Of a DNA stretch of 64,000 nucleotides, positions 27,401 to 44,283 are shown piece after piece. The notes beneath the pieces are model-generated. The model saw only the letters and a list, made by a program, of their open reading frames with translations, ran no database searches and was not told the origin of the DNA. The stretch's first letter is position 1. Each line of letters opens with the position of its first letter. The position numbers were made by a program, and so were the translations under genes. Origin of the DNA: Sphagnum compactum (taxonomy: Eukaryota); the NCBI GenBank assembly GCA_965153455.1, contig OZ234493.1:1364001-1428000 (forward strand), in the 5' to 3' direction.

Positions 27401-30191
27401 GATCCATGGTTTTCAATTGTAAACTTGAAGGTGCAAATTTTTTAATATTAAATTATATGGATGTTTTTAAGACCCACTAATAACAACATGCATTTATTAT
27501 TAACTATTCAATTTACATGAATGACATTAAAATTTTAAGCCACCATTTTTTTATAGTGATAGTTCATATTTTTGTAGGTCATTTGTTTTTTGCTCCATTA
27601 AAACCCCTTTCTTCATGGGTCATGAAATTAAAGCATGATGAAATTTCTTGTTCAAATGTCTGTGTGTGAACTAATAAATGAACCTTCCAAAAATGAACTT
27701 AATTTATTCTTGAAAATGCATATTTCTCATTACATACATTTAACATTTAATGTTTTATGATTTTTTTTTTATCAAACATTATGTTGTATTACATAACAAA
27801 TAAAGTTATTTTGACCCAAAAAATTTTGACATAGAAAAATGAATTTGAAATCATTACCCACCCCCACCCCCCGCGGGATATTATGAAATTTATTGTATTC
27901 AAAAAATTTAATTTTGAGATATAATGAATTTACCACGAACTTTTTTTTCATATACGTTGAATTATTTAACTATAATATTTGACAATAATATATAATGAAT
28001 GTGAAATAAGCTCAAGCCCAAAAACCAAAACATATAAAACATCCAAGTCATATTTTGAAATCAAATACTATAATTCAAGAAATTTGATTTAAAGGATAGT
28101 ATTAATTTTGACTTTAGAAAATATATTTCCATTATTTAATCAAATATTTGGTAATAGAATGAATGAAACATAACCTTAAACCATATGAACAATAATTTAA
28201 AAAAAACTTCAAGGCCATATATATGAAATATATTATTAAATTTCTGAAAACATGATTTCAAACATATTATTAATGTATTAGTAACTGTATCTTTAGACAC
28301 AAGTTTTCATATGTGAAAGTAATTTGATAACAATTTCTAATAGATGATGGTCACAATAGATTAACTAACTACCATTTGCTCATAAATGATGGTCACAATA
28401 GATTGACATTTTCAGTGTTTTTGGACAGTTATCAGAAACAAGAACAAACCCTCGGGCAGTTGTCAGGATGGTTCTTAGGACTCGTAACCGTGGTCCTCAC
28501 AAAAGAACACAAACAAAACCAGGTTTTGATATGAACTACAAAACTTCTAACTGCCAGTTCTTTATCGCCACTTTCATGAAAACCAACTGGATCCAACGGG
28601 TTTCATGAAAACCAACTGGATCCAACGGGTTTTCTTTATTTATTCTGACTTATTTTCTTCACAGAAACCAGCACCGGTGATTCTAGCCTTCAAGGTGTCA
28701 CTACTCCATTGTGACAATTAGAAAGTGCATCCCTTTGAAAGGTCATAGCCCTAAAGTGTTTTATGTGCGCACTTTGTCATGATTAATTAACACGAATTCA
28801 TGTTCTATGTTACAAGAAAAAAACCACCACCTTGGACGCATAACAATGCTCGGCACAAAACATGCAAACGGAATTCCATGCTGCCCTATTCATGAAGCAT
28901 ATGCAAAAACTGAGAACTTGGGGGATTCCTATAACAGGATACCTCTTGGGTATTGCAAACTAGGTCAATTTGGAGCTCAAGAAAACAAGACCATGCAGTA
29001 GTGCCACATAAACCCATAATCCTTGTAGAGTATCAGTTTGTGATCACTTACCAGCTATTTCATGAGCTTTTTAGTGGGCGTTTGAGCACTCCAACAGCAG
29101 CACGAATGGCTTCATGAGCGTGTCTTTGTGGAAACCCATCTGAAATACAAACAGTTATATAAAGGATCTTGTTCACCTTTGGGTACCATTTCAGGTTGGT
29201 AACTAAGATTCACGGGTCCCACAGAAATCCAAAGCTCACTCCATTTAAGGACAGAATATTCCCAGGATAAGTAGCAAACAATCTGTGAACGATGCAGTAT
29301 TTGGCAGAGCCAATCACTCATCCTAAGCGGAAAAAAGAGACCGTTGGCAAATTGATAAAGAGAGAATTTTGGAGTGAAACCGAGAGAAGTGAGCTCATGT
29401 ACCTTGCAGCTCTACCACTTCTTATCTTTCATCTGAGAGTATTCTCGACATCCAAGAACAGTAGCCAGCTGAAATAGATGCTCCAATCTTTGTCAGCACC
29501 GAAAAAACTTCAGGTTTTATGCATTAAGTTCAGCTTTGAGACCATCCCCAAAGAAAAAACTGAACCCTTTTGCATCTTAATCTTGAGCTACTCAATTGAA
29601 TATGACGACACTCAAGCCTGTTACCTGTAACACTAGCAACGTCTTCCAATTTAGAAATCTTATAAAGCCCACAAGGATGAACCGAATATAATCCAATGAG
29701 AAGAGAATCATGTCAAAGACATTTACTGCAGACAAGGGACTACAATCTAAAAACTAGCAAATCTGAGATTTACTCAAGTTTACAGAGCACAAGGATCCAA
29801 ACAGAACCTGTACAGGAGAACAGAGTATACTGCGAAATGCTACACTAACTTGAATAAAAACTATGAAACCAATTCATGTCAATATACAGGGGAGGACTAG
29901 CAACTCTGTTATATGTAGCCAACAAGAAGAGATGTAAAATCTCAACAGAAGAAGAAGATTTGGAGCTAGGGCACTGAAGACAGACTTAACCAGTATCTTG
30001 AACAGGGTCTCCATGAGATCGGAATAGCTTAGCCAAAGTGAGACATGTTATAACAGCATGCACAGAATGCTAAAGACAGTATATGAGTGAGATTGCAGTC
30101 ACAACCCTTAAAGAGTGTTTGCATTAGCACATCATGTTTGGAAGTTCTTCCCAACATTCTCAACGATCTCCACCCGATGGCTCCTCAGCTA

Positions 30192-33319
<3,128 letters not shown>

Positions 33320-36015
33320 TCCACTGCGGTCTTCCAAGATGCTCCCCCCCCCCCCCCACCCCCCCCAACCCACCTTTTTCCCAAAGGTGCAAGACCACAG
33401 CAACAAGTTGAACATGAGCTAAGATGAAAAAAGATGAAACTCCAACAAAAGATCAATAAGAGTAACTACTTCTCACAAGTGCTGAATTTTACTCACCTTC
33501 TATTCCCACACCATTCCAAAAACATTAAAACAGAACTCCAAACCTAATTCCTACAGATCATCTCAAAAAACAAATTCTTGGAAAAGCTGATTCCACAAAG
33601 CTTTCATGAAAAAAGAAATCCAAAGAACAACGATGAGCAATTGCTTTTTCCTTACCTGGATACTGCAGACAGATTCAGGGCAAACGAAGCTTGTGTCCAA
33701 GGCCTTACCAAAACTGCGCCCAAATTCTTTCCTGCAAAACAGAATTAGTTTTCAGGGAGCCTACTCTTCCAAAGTCTAATTCTCTCCCCCCCTCTCCCTT
33801 CACACCCCTCTGAGATTCAACAGAAACGCAATTCCACGAAATTCCATCACCGGACTCTTGCAATGAAAAAATTCCCAAAGACCAAAATGCTATCAGTGCT
33901 GATGCTTTTCCAAGCCAACAACACGACGACAGCTTCATTCTTGCTACCGAAGCCTGTTCTACCGTCACTCGTAAAACTCCGCACACAGCAGCAAAAAAAT
34001 GAAAAAAGAGAACAGATTTCTCGCTTTTCACAAATGTTGTTCCTTCTCTGAGAGAGAGAGAGAGAACACAAAGTTCTTCTTCCGGCGCCTAATATAATGT
34101 ATCGATCTCCCTACACCTCCTAACACAAGTCCGAATTTTCCATCAGATATCAATCCGCAATGAAGAAGAACTTCCCGGCCCCGATAAAAAGTGGAAAACA
34201 AGAAAAACAGAACTCGCCAGCCAATTGTCATCCCTAGTACCTGCTGGTGTCTCGAAGCTGATAAAAGACAAAGCAGAGAGAATTGGCTTTCCAAAACCGC
34301 CAGCCAAGAAAACCAAAAGAAACCGAAAATCGCCACCAAAAAACGAGCCGTACATTGGTCCTCTTCTCTCTCAGTCAGATTCTCGCAAATTCTTGTCTCC
34401 ACAAATATATTTATAACAGAAAAAAATTCGTCGCGGAAGCTCCAAACACCAGCGATCCAGCGATTGATCGAGCGAGCGAGCGAGCGAGCGAGAGCGACAA
34501 AGGCCCGAAAACACAAGAGACGAAAAACCCGCTGCGGGAAGAAGACGACGACGGCGACGACGTCGACGAAGCCACATTCCTTTACATAGCTAGAGCAGTA
34601 ACTGTACGGAATGGAAAGATTTCTTTTGGCGATTCCGATGCGAGTCAAGCGCTATCCTTTAGGGAACACGGTAATCCTGTGGCTGTTCTGTTGATTCCTT
34701 CCAGAGTTACGTAAAAGTCTCTTCGTTGTCTTTTACGTACCACAAGAGTACCTGATCAGATTCCGTGGGCCCAATTACGCCCGTCCCCACTCCACACCTC
34801 TGAGCAGAAATAGCCACGGAATGTTCTGCATCCAACGGTCTAGATTTGCTGCTGTCAGTTCTGATATCTGGCCGTCGAATTTCTGGCTAGAAATTTCAAT
34901 TGCAGAAATAGTGACCTAACTTGGGTCCACAAAAACCGCCCTTTTAAAAATAATTCAACATTATTCAAAATAAAAGTCATTTCATTAATTTTTTCACTAA
35001 TTTTTTTTCCACTGAAATTTTTTAATTTTGGTTTTGAGGGTCATTTTTGGGTTTTGGGCATTTTTCCCCAAAAAAGTTAATTAATTAAAAATAAATTTAA
35101 AAAATCTTATTTTTGAACCTCAAAGTTTTTACCTACCTTTCAATGTGTGAAGTGTACTAGTAATAGACTTTTGAAATTTTACTTATGTATAAAATGAACT
35201 AATATTTGGTGTTTTTTAATCTATTTATGCATCTTATGTACAAGTATATTTTGATTTAAAAATATATATACTTACATAAATAGATAAATATTTGAAATAT
35301 TTGGTTTCAAAATTCAACTTTGTCAATCAATTTTGAATTTTCAAAACCCTTTTTTTGGTGGGTGTTTCTCAAATTAAGGTAATTTGTTACCAATCACAAA
35401 ACCTCCGTCATTGAATTTCATTAGGGTTAATATTCTAAGATCTTGTTAATATAAGTTGGTATATTTCAAATGTTAAAAAATTATTACATGACAACATAGC
35501 TTATTTTTTATTCGGATTAATTGTGAGTAAGGTTAATAATATGTTCAACTATTGAACATGGCACAAAGAATAGATGAAAGCATAAGAAAAAAATCCATTG
35601 ATAATATATAAATGGTATTAAAGGAAAATTGAAATGCATACATTTCAATACCTACAAAACAATTTCAAGCTGTAAGGCCTTGTGGTCTCTATGTATTTTT
35701 GGATGAATGCACATGGCATTAAATTATTAAAACCCTTTTGAGTTCCACATCCAATTATAGTGTCAATGATAAGCCTTGAGAAGAACATAAAGGTGTGTCA
35801 AGCATGCATTCTAAATATGGTGAACCCAATGCAAAAAAATTATGTTTTTGGTTAACTTTCTTTTAAAAATTCAATAAACAAATTCCTTGATATGAGGAGC
35901 AACCCAAAAAGAAATCCCATTTTGGTGAAATTTTGCACAAAAAAATTGTTATTTATACACAACGTAAAACTTGATTTTGATGTTAAAATGGAGAAGGAAA
36001 ACCCAATGAGCTCAC

Positions 36016-36290
36016 TACAACAAATCCATGATTTTGCAACTACGTATTACAATTGCATCACAGTTGATATATACAACAAATTCATGATTTTGCAACTAGG
36101 TATTACAATTGCATCACAATTGATTTCATACAACAAATTCATGATTTTGCAACTAGGTATTACAATTGCATCACAATTGATTCATACAACAAATTCATGA
36201 TTTTGCAACTAGGTATTACAATTGCATCACAATTGATTCATACAACAAATTTGCAACTAGGTATTACAATTGCATCACAATTGATTCATA
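36016..36290. repeat. Minisatellite, ~5 copies of a ~56-bp unit (tacaacaaattcatgattttgcaactaggtattacaattgcatcacaattgattca)
   Basis: Near-identical tandem copies; one copy has an internal deletion. Confidence 0.9.
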
Positions 36291-38057
36291 ATCGATTTAT
36301 AGGTAGATCAATTGCAAGTGAGATCTTGCAACTTTTCAAGATTTCTTGCAATTTTATATTAAAAAAAAAGTTGACATTGACAAGTTGCAACATGGACTAG
36401 TTGCAACAACCATATTGGTCTAATTGTATGTCAATTTCAACTAATATAAGAGGTTTATTGACATAATTGTCCAACATGGATTATCATCCATCCATTCAAG
36501 GTCAATGTTATAAATAACACTCGAAGTTTATGTTGCAAACAAAAATAAGTTTAATTAAACATTAAAGGGTTGATGTTATAAAAAAATAATATAGATTGTA
36601 ATATTGCGACATTGCAACTATGAAAATAGAGTCAAAATATAATGAGATGCACAACCATAGATTGTGAGAGCAATGTTGGAACCAAAAATCAAAACAATGT
36701 GAATCGTTGGACCAAAAAGTGAAAACAAAATGAAATGTTGGAGCAAAGTTGAAAGATTGATGAGACAAGGTTGGTGCAAATAGGAGAAACAATAAAAGAT
36801 AAAAAAGAAAATTAAAAGTTTTATGTTTCTTTTCCACTAACACAAAAAAAAAATTCATGAATGAGGGTACCCCATTGGCCCTTGTGTTTTAATAGGTGGC
36901 ATTATTACTCCTATTTGTGAACAAAGTAATTAATTTAATTAATTTAAATAAATAAATAAACCCTCATATAAACCACTTAAGGTAATAAAAGATACCCATT
37001 GATGCTTATATATTGTGAGGCATTGGTGGAGATGCTCTTAACCCCCAATAAACTTGAACATGAACTCGAGTTCAAAGGGGGGGTTAAAGCTGCTCGGGAG
37101 ACGTGGACATATCCCATTCGTTAATCTTCGCTGATGGCACATGCTGCATTCCGTCAAAGTTAGCTATTATTAGGTACCTATAATAATGGACCTAGGGTAC
37201 CTAGCACAGGCCTATACGTATTATTTTCCAATGGGTCTATATATGTCCACTGTTGGAATCCCCAGGGGTTAAAACAAAAAAAAATGTCCTTCGGTTTTCA
37301 CTTTCTACCAGCGGTCATGGCAGCAGCTTCTTTTCATCTCTCCTGGGTCCAATTTTAAAATTGGCGAGGTAACGAAATTCTTAGCCCCCCAACCCCTCTG
37401 CCCGAAAAAAGAAAAAAAGGCCTTGTAGGCTATATAGCCTATGATACATAATATCTGTTAAAACCTTATGAGTAAAAAATGCCACCTAATTTTTTTTCCA
37501 AATTTAAATTTTTTAATAAGGGAAATCATTTGAAATTATATTTTTCAAAATTTTAAAAATTTTAAAAAAAGAATGCAATAGTTTTACTATATTTACCCAT
37601 TTTGAGGTTTATAAGGTTATCAAATAACAAATCATCCCATGCCACAAATCAAAATATGTTGCCATTATGAATGTATAACCCTAAAAATTAAGTTATCTAT
37701 TTTGAGGTTCAAACTCTTCACTTTTGGTTTTGTGAAAACTCAAGTTTCAAAAGTTATTTTTAGTTTAAATTATTTTGAATAAGTGTAATTTATTATAATA
37801 ATTTAAATAGATTATTAAATTACTCATAATTGGTATAATTTAATGATCTATTTAAATTATTCTAATTAAATTACACCTATGAGTTATAATGTATTTAAGT
37901 TATTCAAAATTGATATACATCTATAAATCTATTTTAAATTTTCAAACAGCAAGTAAAGGCAAAAATTAAATTAAATTAAATTTATTAACAGCAAGTAAAT
38001 TACCACTAGTGAGAAGGAGTGTTTTTTTTTTTTTTTTTCAAATTTGTGATATTGCAC

Positions 38058-38296
38058 AAGTGGCAATCATCCATGAGAACATTTAGGTAAATTTGGCGAT
38101 ATTCAAAATATTGTAGTAGAAAAATCTTGAGCACTCTTTCATGTTGTAGCCTTGTGGGGGCAGTTGCCACGATTTTGGGCTAATTTTTAATAAATTTCTT
38201 TTTTGGGCGATAATAAAAAAATTAAAAGGGAAATTAGTGACAAAACATTCATTAAAATTTTACTTTTCGCAAAATGGTGAAAATTCGTCGCAAAAA
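38058..38296 (+). repeat. Dispersed repeat, copy 1 (similar to 55395-55632)
   Basis: Collinear shared blocks: aagtgg..atc, agaacatttag, aaatttgg.ga.att, gtaga.aaatctt.agc, tttcatgttgtag, aaaagggaa.t..tgaca.aa.attc. Confidence 0.7.
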
Positions 38297-38651
38297 ATGG
38301 TGGTACGTATGGTAATTCAAAACAAACATTTCACTTCCGTTGCTTTTGTTTTTGTTTTACTGCTGTTATTTACCGTCCTTTTCGTCGTGCTTTTCGTTTG
38401 CTGGCTTCGGTCTCTGCGCCGCACTCTGCACTCTGCCTTTTGCTTCCTTCGTTGTGTTTCCCATCGTCTTCTTCGATTTTGGTGTCGGATTTCTCGTTTT
38501 GTGTTGCAATTGTGTGTGGCATAGGAAGTCCCTTTGCCTGTTTTTATTATTAAACTTAGGAATAGTTTGTAATGCTTTTTTTTCCCGCATTCATTGCATC
38601 GCAAATCGTCATCAGGGCCGGAGAAGAAAATTGTTGAAAGATGTGTGTGTG

Positions 38652-38685
<34 letters not shown>

Positions 38686-38934
38686 CTAGCTTGGAAATGG
38701 AATTGGAAGGCTTGCTTGGAGAGCATGGGAAAGACGAGGGAATGGACGAGAAAAATTGCGACCGGACTAAAACATTTTTTTCTTTTGTATGTGTATTTTT
38801 GTAGTGGAGAAGGGTTGTGTATGTGCAGAGAGAATCGGAGGTCGTGAGCTTGCTGTAAATGTTTTTTTTGGTTCTAGTGGTTTTGTGATTTGGAAACTGT
38901 GAGCGAGCGGTAGATTGGATACGGAGAGGAGGGA

Positions 38935-41900
38935 ATGCTGGAGACAGACGAAGGCCAGGAGGCGGCCTATAATTACGCACCAGGCTGCAGCTGCGACGAT
39001 ACAAGCGGTGAGGAGCTGGGGCTTGCGGTTCTTCCCAGGCATACCAAAGTGTTGGTGACCGGCAACAATCGGACGAAATCAGTGCTGTTGGGACTTCACG
39101 GCGTGGTGAAGAAGGCAGTGGGACTCGGTGGCTGGCACTGGCTGGTATTATTGATCAAGCCTTTGTTTAAAAACTGGTAGGGAGTGTTGGACACGACGAC
39201 GGCCAATTTTTTTGCCGATTTCGTAGCCGATGTTTTGATCTGAAGGAAGATCTAGAGTAGGAAATCGGGCTTGTCTGTAATTTCTTCTCAAGACTGGAAT
39301 CTAGACCGAGGAACGATCGTCGAATGCGGGAGGAATTCGGAAAACGCTAGAATGCAAGGTCTAGCTTAAGGTCCAGAAGGGCCTTATGCGCTCTACTGTG
39401 CAAATCCTTGTTGTGTATGTATAGAAGAAACCTGGAGGCTGTAGAGCTTTGCAGCGCTGGCTTTTATGCGTTATTATCGCAGCCCTTCAATATCCACAAA
39501 ACTCTGTCTGCACTTCCTTGTGTTTCCTGTTCTTCCAAGGTTGAAGAGGAAGCAATATTGCTTGAATGTAATGCATTTCTGATGTGTATTGCCGGGGTCA
39601 GGTGCTCACAAACGGTGATCAAGTAAAACTGCAGCGTAATGCATTGAGCGTGATTGAAGTTGCCACAGGTCAAGAAGAAGAAGAAGACGACGACCACGAC
39701 ATCCAGGAAAATCTGTTCTTCAGCGGAAATAGCTTAGGTTTGTCTACCGCATACCTCCCTGACTCTCTTTTCCAAGCGCCGCTCTTAATATTTGCGCTCT
39801 GATGCATGCGATTCTTTAAGATATTTGTGTATCTGGCCACGTCAGGTTCCATCGCCGCAAGAAGTTTTCTGCATTGGTTCACACAGAAATTTCCTGTTGT
39901 GATCAGGTTTGTGAGCAATTTCAAGGCCAGAATTCTAAGATTGATCTCTCAAGATGCTGCAATGGTAAAAGTACCATCTGCAGGTCCTAGAAATCGGTAA
40001 TCAACAATGGAGGGACCTGTTTTCAAGGAAACACCAGCTTGCAACAAGCTCTCCAATGTACACACAAGAGTTTGATGAAACAACAGTGTTTGATCACACA
40101 GAAAATTGATGTTGGGGAAACCTGATGATGTGTGTGTGTGTGTGCACATGCTGCAGAAGATGGCTACTCAAGAACATTCAAGACTTGTGGGCAACATCAA
40201 AAGTCAACAGTGCAGTCTGCTGTACAAGCAAGCGCTAGAGACGGTAATGATCCGGTGGCTCATCATCCTGCTGCTGTCTTTGAGCATTCAATTGAGAAGA
40301 AAGCTGGAGCTATCAATGAAGAAACAAGTCCATCTTCCAAAACCCTAAGTCTGGTATGATAACACACGCAAGATCATACACTGATTTCATCTCATGTTGC
40401 TCATCATCAAAGTCCATTCAATCCTTCTTTATGTATCATGAAGTGTCTGGGGCAATGGCATCCCCTTTCTAGCAACAGCCAATGTGGGACACTTTCACAG
40501 AACCTCAAAAGATGGCCATTGTGTCCAGCACTCCCCACCACTGGACTGGTATCCAAAATCTTGGGTATTTTTTTGTATTCTCAACATTCTCACAGAACCT
40601 CAAATACAAGACTGTTTTACAGGACTGAGTCTTTAGTTGTGGTACCTGATTAGGGTTAGTTGCAAAGGTGTCCCAAAAGATACGCACTTGGTCTGGAAGA
40701 GAATGTGTCTTTGAAATTGCTCAGTCCTTTTGTTGTTTGAAGCAGTGCCAACTCCTGCAGTTGATAAAACTCTAGTTCCTATTTATCCTGTTCTGGATGC
40801 AGACAGTGGATCTCAGCAAACTAGAGACTGCTGCACTCAGGAGATATCAAAGGCATTTTAAGCTGGTAAACACATCTGATCATGCACTTTAAAAGGATGA
40901 GTAATAGCTCAGATTGAGTGCCAATCAAGTGTGGATTGTCCCCAGACTTCATACTTGCATGCACACTGTTCTACAGTGCCATCATGTGTGTCAGTCCTGT
41001 GAATGAGGACAAGAGCACAGCAACAATTCAGTGACGTGATCTGCAGCTCAGTTGATGATCTCCTGAATACTAATTAGTTCATGCAACCAATATCTGACAT
41101 AAATGCTCTCTGTGAATGATTCAAGTCCAGGACAGGTGCCACAGAAGGATACAGAATCATTTTGACCACATTCTAATGAGTAATGCAGTGATCAGTTCCT
41201 GCTGCTTTTGTGTATGGTGACAGACATGGGTTTGAAGTTTTGTGATAGGATCTCCATGTTGAGACTTGAGACCCTCATGCTGCAAATTTAAAATGTAGGA
41301 TTTGTTTTGCACTTCTGATTTTATTTGTATATTGTATCAGATGGAACTAACACCCTTCCATGATCTTTGTATTGATGATCCCAAAGGTCGAGGTTGGTCC
41401 AAATTCTTCAAAACAGCAACTTTTGGATGCAGTTGGCAAACATTTCATGTCACAGGTTAGATGGAAAAAAAAACTTGCATCTTTGATTTATCATCTTGAG
41501 AGAAATGGGGACTGAGGTTTCAGAGTAGCTGCAGTCAGGATAGGCTTTACTAGGGATACATGGGATATTATAGAACTACAAGTGGAGCAATCCGCTCTGC
41601 TGGATGGCTCACAGATGTGAAAGATTCAATCATTCATCCCAGGCAGCTCTCTTGTAATCTAGTAGGAAGAAGGGCCCACGGAATCGGTTCACCATTCTTT
41701 CCAAAGATCCATTAGCAACCAGCTGTTAGAAAATTGGTCCTCAAGTTGAACCTGAATACTATGCAATCTAGAATCCTTGCCCTGTCTAAGTGCATGCCAA
41801 GTGGCCATGCCTACTTGGACTGTAGAAACCCTTGCAGAACTTAACACTACCAGATTAGTGTCCATTGAGTTTCAATGAACACCTTTCTGACCATAGGACG

Positions 41901-42599
41901 AAGATTAAATAACTATGTAAGATGTCCATTGCCTGCTTGTCAAAAGTTGCCAAAGCAATTTGTAGAGTTATCAGAGTCCAGGTTGTCAACAATATCTCCA
42001 AGTACCTGTTGAACCTAAGATTAGCTTTGAACCTTCATGGTGTTCTCCCATCTCAGGCAGACCTGCCAAAATGTGAGCCATGCAAATTGATTTTCCTACA
42101 ATTCATCAAGCAATGGGATGGTGTTTCCACCAACCCACTGCTACCTCTTTTTTTTACAGAGCTTTAACATCTCTAGTCAACTACAAGTGAGGGACCTGGA
42201 GGTTAATTCTGTGTTCAGTATCTGCCAGAAGTCCTAATTGTATGGGGGCTTGCAGCAAGTGTTCCCAACTTTGCAGTACATTATAGTCTAGTGTACATTA
42301 TCCACCTTTTTGAACATCATGAGATGCTCCACACAGACATGATCCTTCCAAAGGAGAACGTTGTATCAAGGTTTTTTCATGGTAGGTCCTGGGATTCACG
42401 TATGCTTTATCATATTGATTTCTTTATCCTTCTGTCAAAAGTGCTTGACAAAGAGCTCACACATACTGCATTGCTGGTATAGTTGATGGTAGTTGCATGT
42501 TGCATCTTTTAACAACTTGGATCTTGGGTGCATCAGGAGATGGATGAGTTCCAGGTGATCACAGGTTTTATGCAGGCTGCTAAACGCCTCAAATCATAG
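38935..42599 (+). CDS. SAP30/SAP30L-related Sin3-HDAC complex subunit (AFR1/AFR2-like); exons 38935-39144, 39602-39737, 40157-40353, 40803-40865, 41387-41455, 42537-42599
   Basis: The N-terminal VLPRHTKVLVTGNNRTKSVLLGLHGVVKKAVGLGGWHWLVLTNGDQVKLQRNALSV and the C-terminal Sin3-binding-like VDLSKLETAALRRYQRHFKL..SKQQLLDAVGKHFMSQEMDEFQVITGFMQAAKRLK match the plant AT1G19330/AT1G75060 family. Junctions are in phase. Confidence 0.9.
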
Positions 42600-44043
42600 T
42601 TGCAAGCCTCTGGAACTTGTCCCTGAAATCTCAGTTCCTCAAAGGTGTGGCCCTCAACTTTGGGACTGTCATTGGTGGCATGCCAAGACTCATGCTAGGA
42701 GAATCCAAGGACCCAGGACAATATGACGACACTCTCTTCCACCGAGTGACCATGTATCATATCCTGTCATTGTACCATGCAATTAAAGCTCTATTGTTAC
42801 CATATAGGCCACGTAGCACATGGATAGCTGGAATGTATTCTCAAAGGACTTTTCACATACACCTTCCTTTCGTTAGCTTGCCAGATTTCCTCCACTAATT
42901 TCCACCATCTGTACAGAAACTTTGAGCAAGCTGTTCACTTGGTAAGATCTCGCTCTATTTTTTTAAGTTTGTTTCCTGGACGATAATGTACATACAAACA
43001 TTTGATGCTCTTGTGTGGAGTGGTTTTCATTGGATTTTAATGAGTTCTTGTTGCTTTCTTGGAATACATTGTTAAAGCATTTTGAGAACTTTTTGTTTGC
43101 ACCTATTCTCCTATGCTGTTTGCAGATGTATTTGTCAGACCTCCAGTGACAAAACCGGAAACCTTGAGGCAGTGCAATAGGGCATAATTCTGCAGTAGAT
43201 ATCTAAGTCCTAGTATCAGACTAATTGGATGAGTTGAGGAAACTGGGACATCTGGTATTGTGTTACAGATGTTGCTACAATTACAGCCTTATTTCCCTTA
43301 TTGCTTTTGAAATTTCTTTCCTGTTTGGACTTCTTGTAAGGAAATTCATCAGGATCGTCTGTTAGGAGTTCATTCTGCTGAGAGAGCAGTCAAGTTCCTG
43401 TATGTGATGAAAATTTTGGTCTTTCTGATTGCTTTAGTGCTGCTGGGGACTGTCTAGTGGAGGTCATTGAAGCACAGTGCATGTGGATTGCTTTTGTTGA
43501 GCAGTTGTGCACTATCACTCTGTGGGCATTCTGATGTGCAGATCTCCACCTGAGCAGGTTTGTAGGGAAAGCCAATGTCTTTGAAGCCACAGCTGACTTT
43601 CAGGAGTTACACAAACAACATGCACTGCCCTCTCTACATACAGTTGAACTTCCCTGTGCTCAACTTTGTTCCTTCCTGCGAAGAAGTTTTGTTTGTCCAT
43701 GGAGCATTTAATTCTTTTGTGTGGGTCCCATGTGATGAGGATTCAAAGGTGACCTGAAAGTATGCTAAACAGTTGAGAAAAACATCTGAATGCTTCATGG
43801 CAGGGTCACACCCAGGTCCCAGAAATCCATTGTCAAGAAAGAGTTAACAACTCTGCACTGTGTCTCTACTTGAACTGACGAGGCTACCATTTTCCGCTAG
43901 TGTCTTTAATGTTGTAATTTCCAAGACTTTTAACAGTTGTTTGTCAGATGCAGTCAATGTAACATGGGTTTTTAGGTTGTGGGAAGACTGCCTTCCTGCA
44001 GGGTTTTTGTTGGTGGGAGAAAAATCACTTGAGCACGGACATG

Positions 44044-44283
44044 TGATGTATGTTGCAAGCAAGCATTCAGGCTAACCACTCAACAGTTTGGCAAGCTCAG
44101 GTTCTGATGTTTCAACCTTCAACATGCTGAGGAATGTGAATGAAGTAGGAATTGAAGTCAAATTGATGTATGTTGCAAGCAAGCATTCAGGCTAACCACT
44201 CAACAGTTTGGCAAGCTCAGGTTCTGATATTTCAACCTTCAACACGCTGAGGAATGTGAATGAAGTAGGAATTGAAGTCAAAT
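44044..44283. repeat. Recent 120-bp tandem duplication (2 copies, 2 mismatches)
   Basis: 44044-44163 and 44164-44283 differ only at gatgt/gatat and acatg/acacg. Confidence 0.95.

Noticed and set aside
35400..35830. Possible hAT-like transposase fragment
   Set aside because: I could not recover convincing conserved motifs by eye.
36016..36290. CRISPR-like regular repeats (also 49490-50210)
   Set aside because: The units are contiguous with no unique spacers, there are no cas genes, and the context is eukaryotic.
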